DNA of 64,000 nucleotides. It comes from the human T2T-CHM13v2.0 reference genome, Homo sapiens. The notes under the pieces are model-generated. The model saw nothing but the letters and a program-made list of their open reading frames with translations, searched no databases and was not told where the DNA came from. The stretch lies in assembly GCF_009914755.1 (NCBI RefSeq), contig NC_060933.1; one strand, 5' to 3'. Below are positions 63,687 to 64,000 of this stretch, piece after piece (position 1 is the first letter of the stretch; each line of letters begins with the position of its first letter). The position numbers and the translations under genes were made by a program.

Positions 63687-64000
<314 letters not shown>

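Overview
Human (primate) genomic DNA, GC-rich and dense in Alu, MIR and L1, carrying most of NTNG2 (netrin-G2) on the + strand. The promoter and the signal-peptide coding exon lie upstream of the window. Six coding exons with canonical AG/GT boundaries splice into one open frame: 14469-15112, 43347-43519, a 24-nt microexon at 47070-47093, 55602-55769, 57409-57543 and 58375-58610. Together they give 1380 nt (459 aa plus stop), covering the laminin-N domain, three laminin-EGF repeats, an EGF repeat and a GPI signal. The 3'UTR has a proximal AGTAAA and distal AATAAA poly(A) signals. The most interesting material is RNA-level architecture in the 3' half. (1) Between LE1 and LE2 there are candidate phase-1 cassette exons of 147, 69 and 102 nt, all Ser/Thr/Pro/Ala-rich, plus a stop-containing 274-nt exon; RBFOX and NOVA motif clusters surround them. 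(2) The 1639-nt intron 55770-57408 contains a perfect 13-bp hairpin that buries a consensus 5' splice site whose use would trigger NMD. (3) Immediately after that hairpin is a non-Alu inverted repeat of about 200 bp (56015-56217 / 56939-57139) able to fold most of the intron. Repeat family names, exon numbering and comparisons to known isoforms come from my recognition or memory, not from database searches. Nearly all ORFs in the supplied track are noise.
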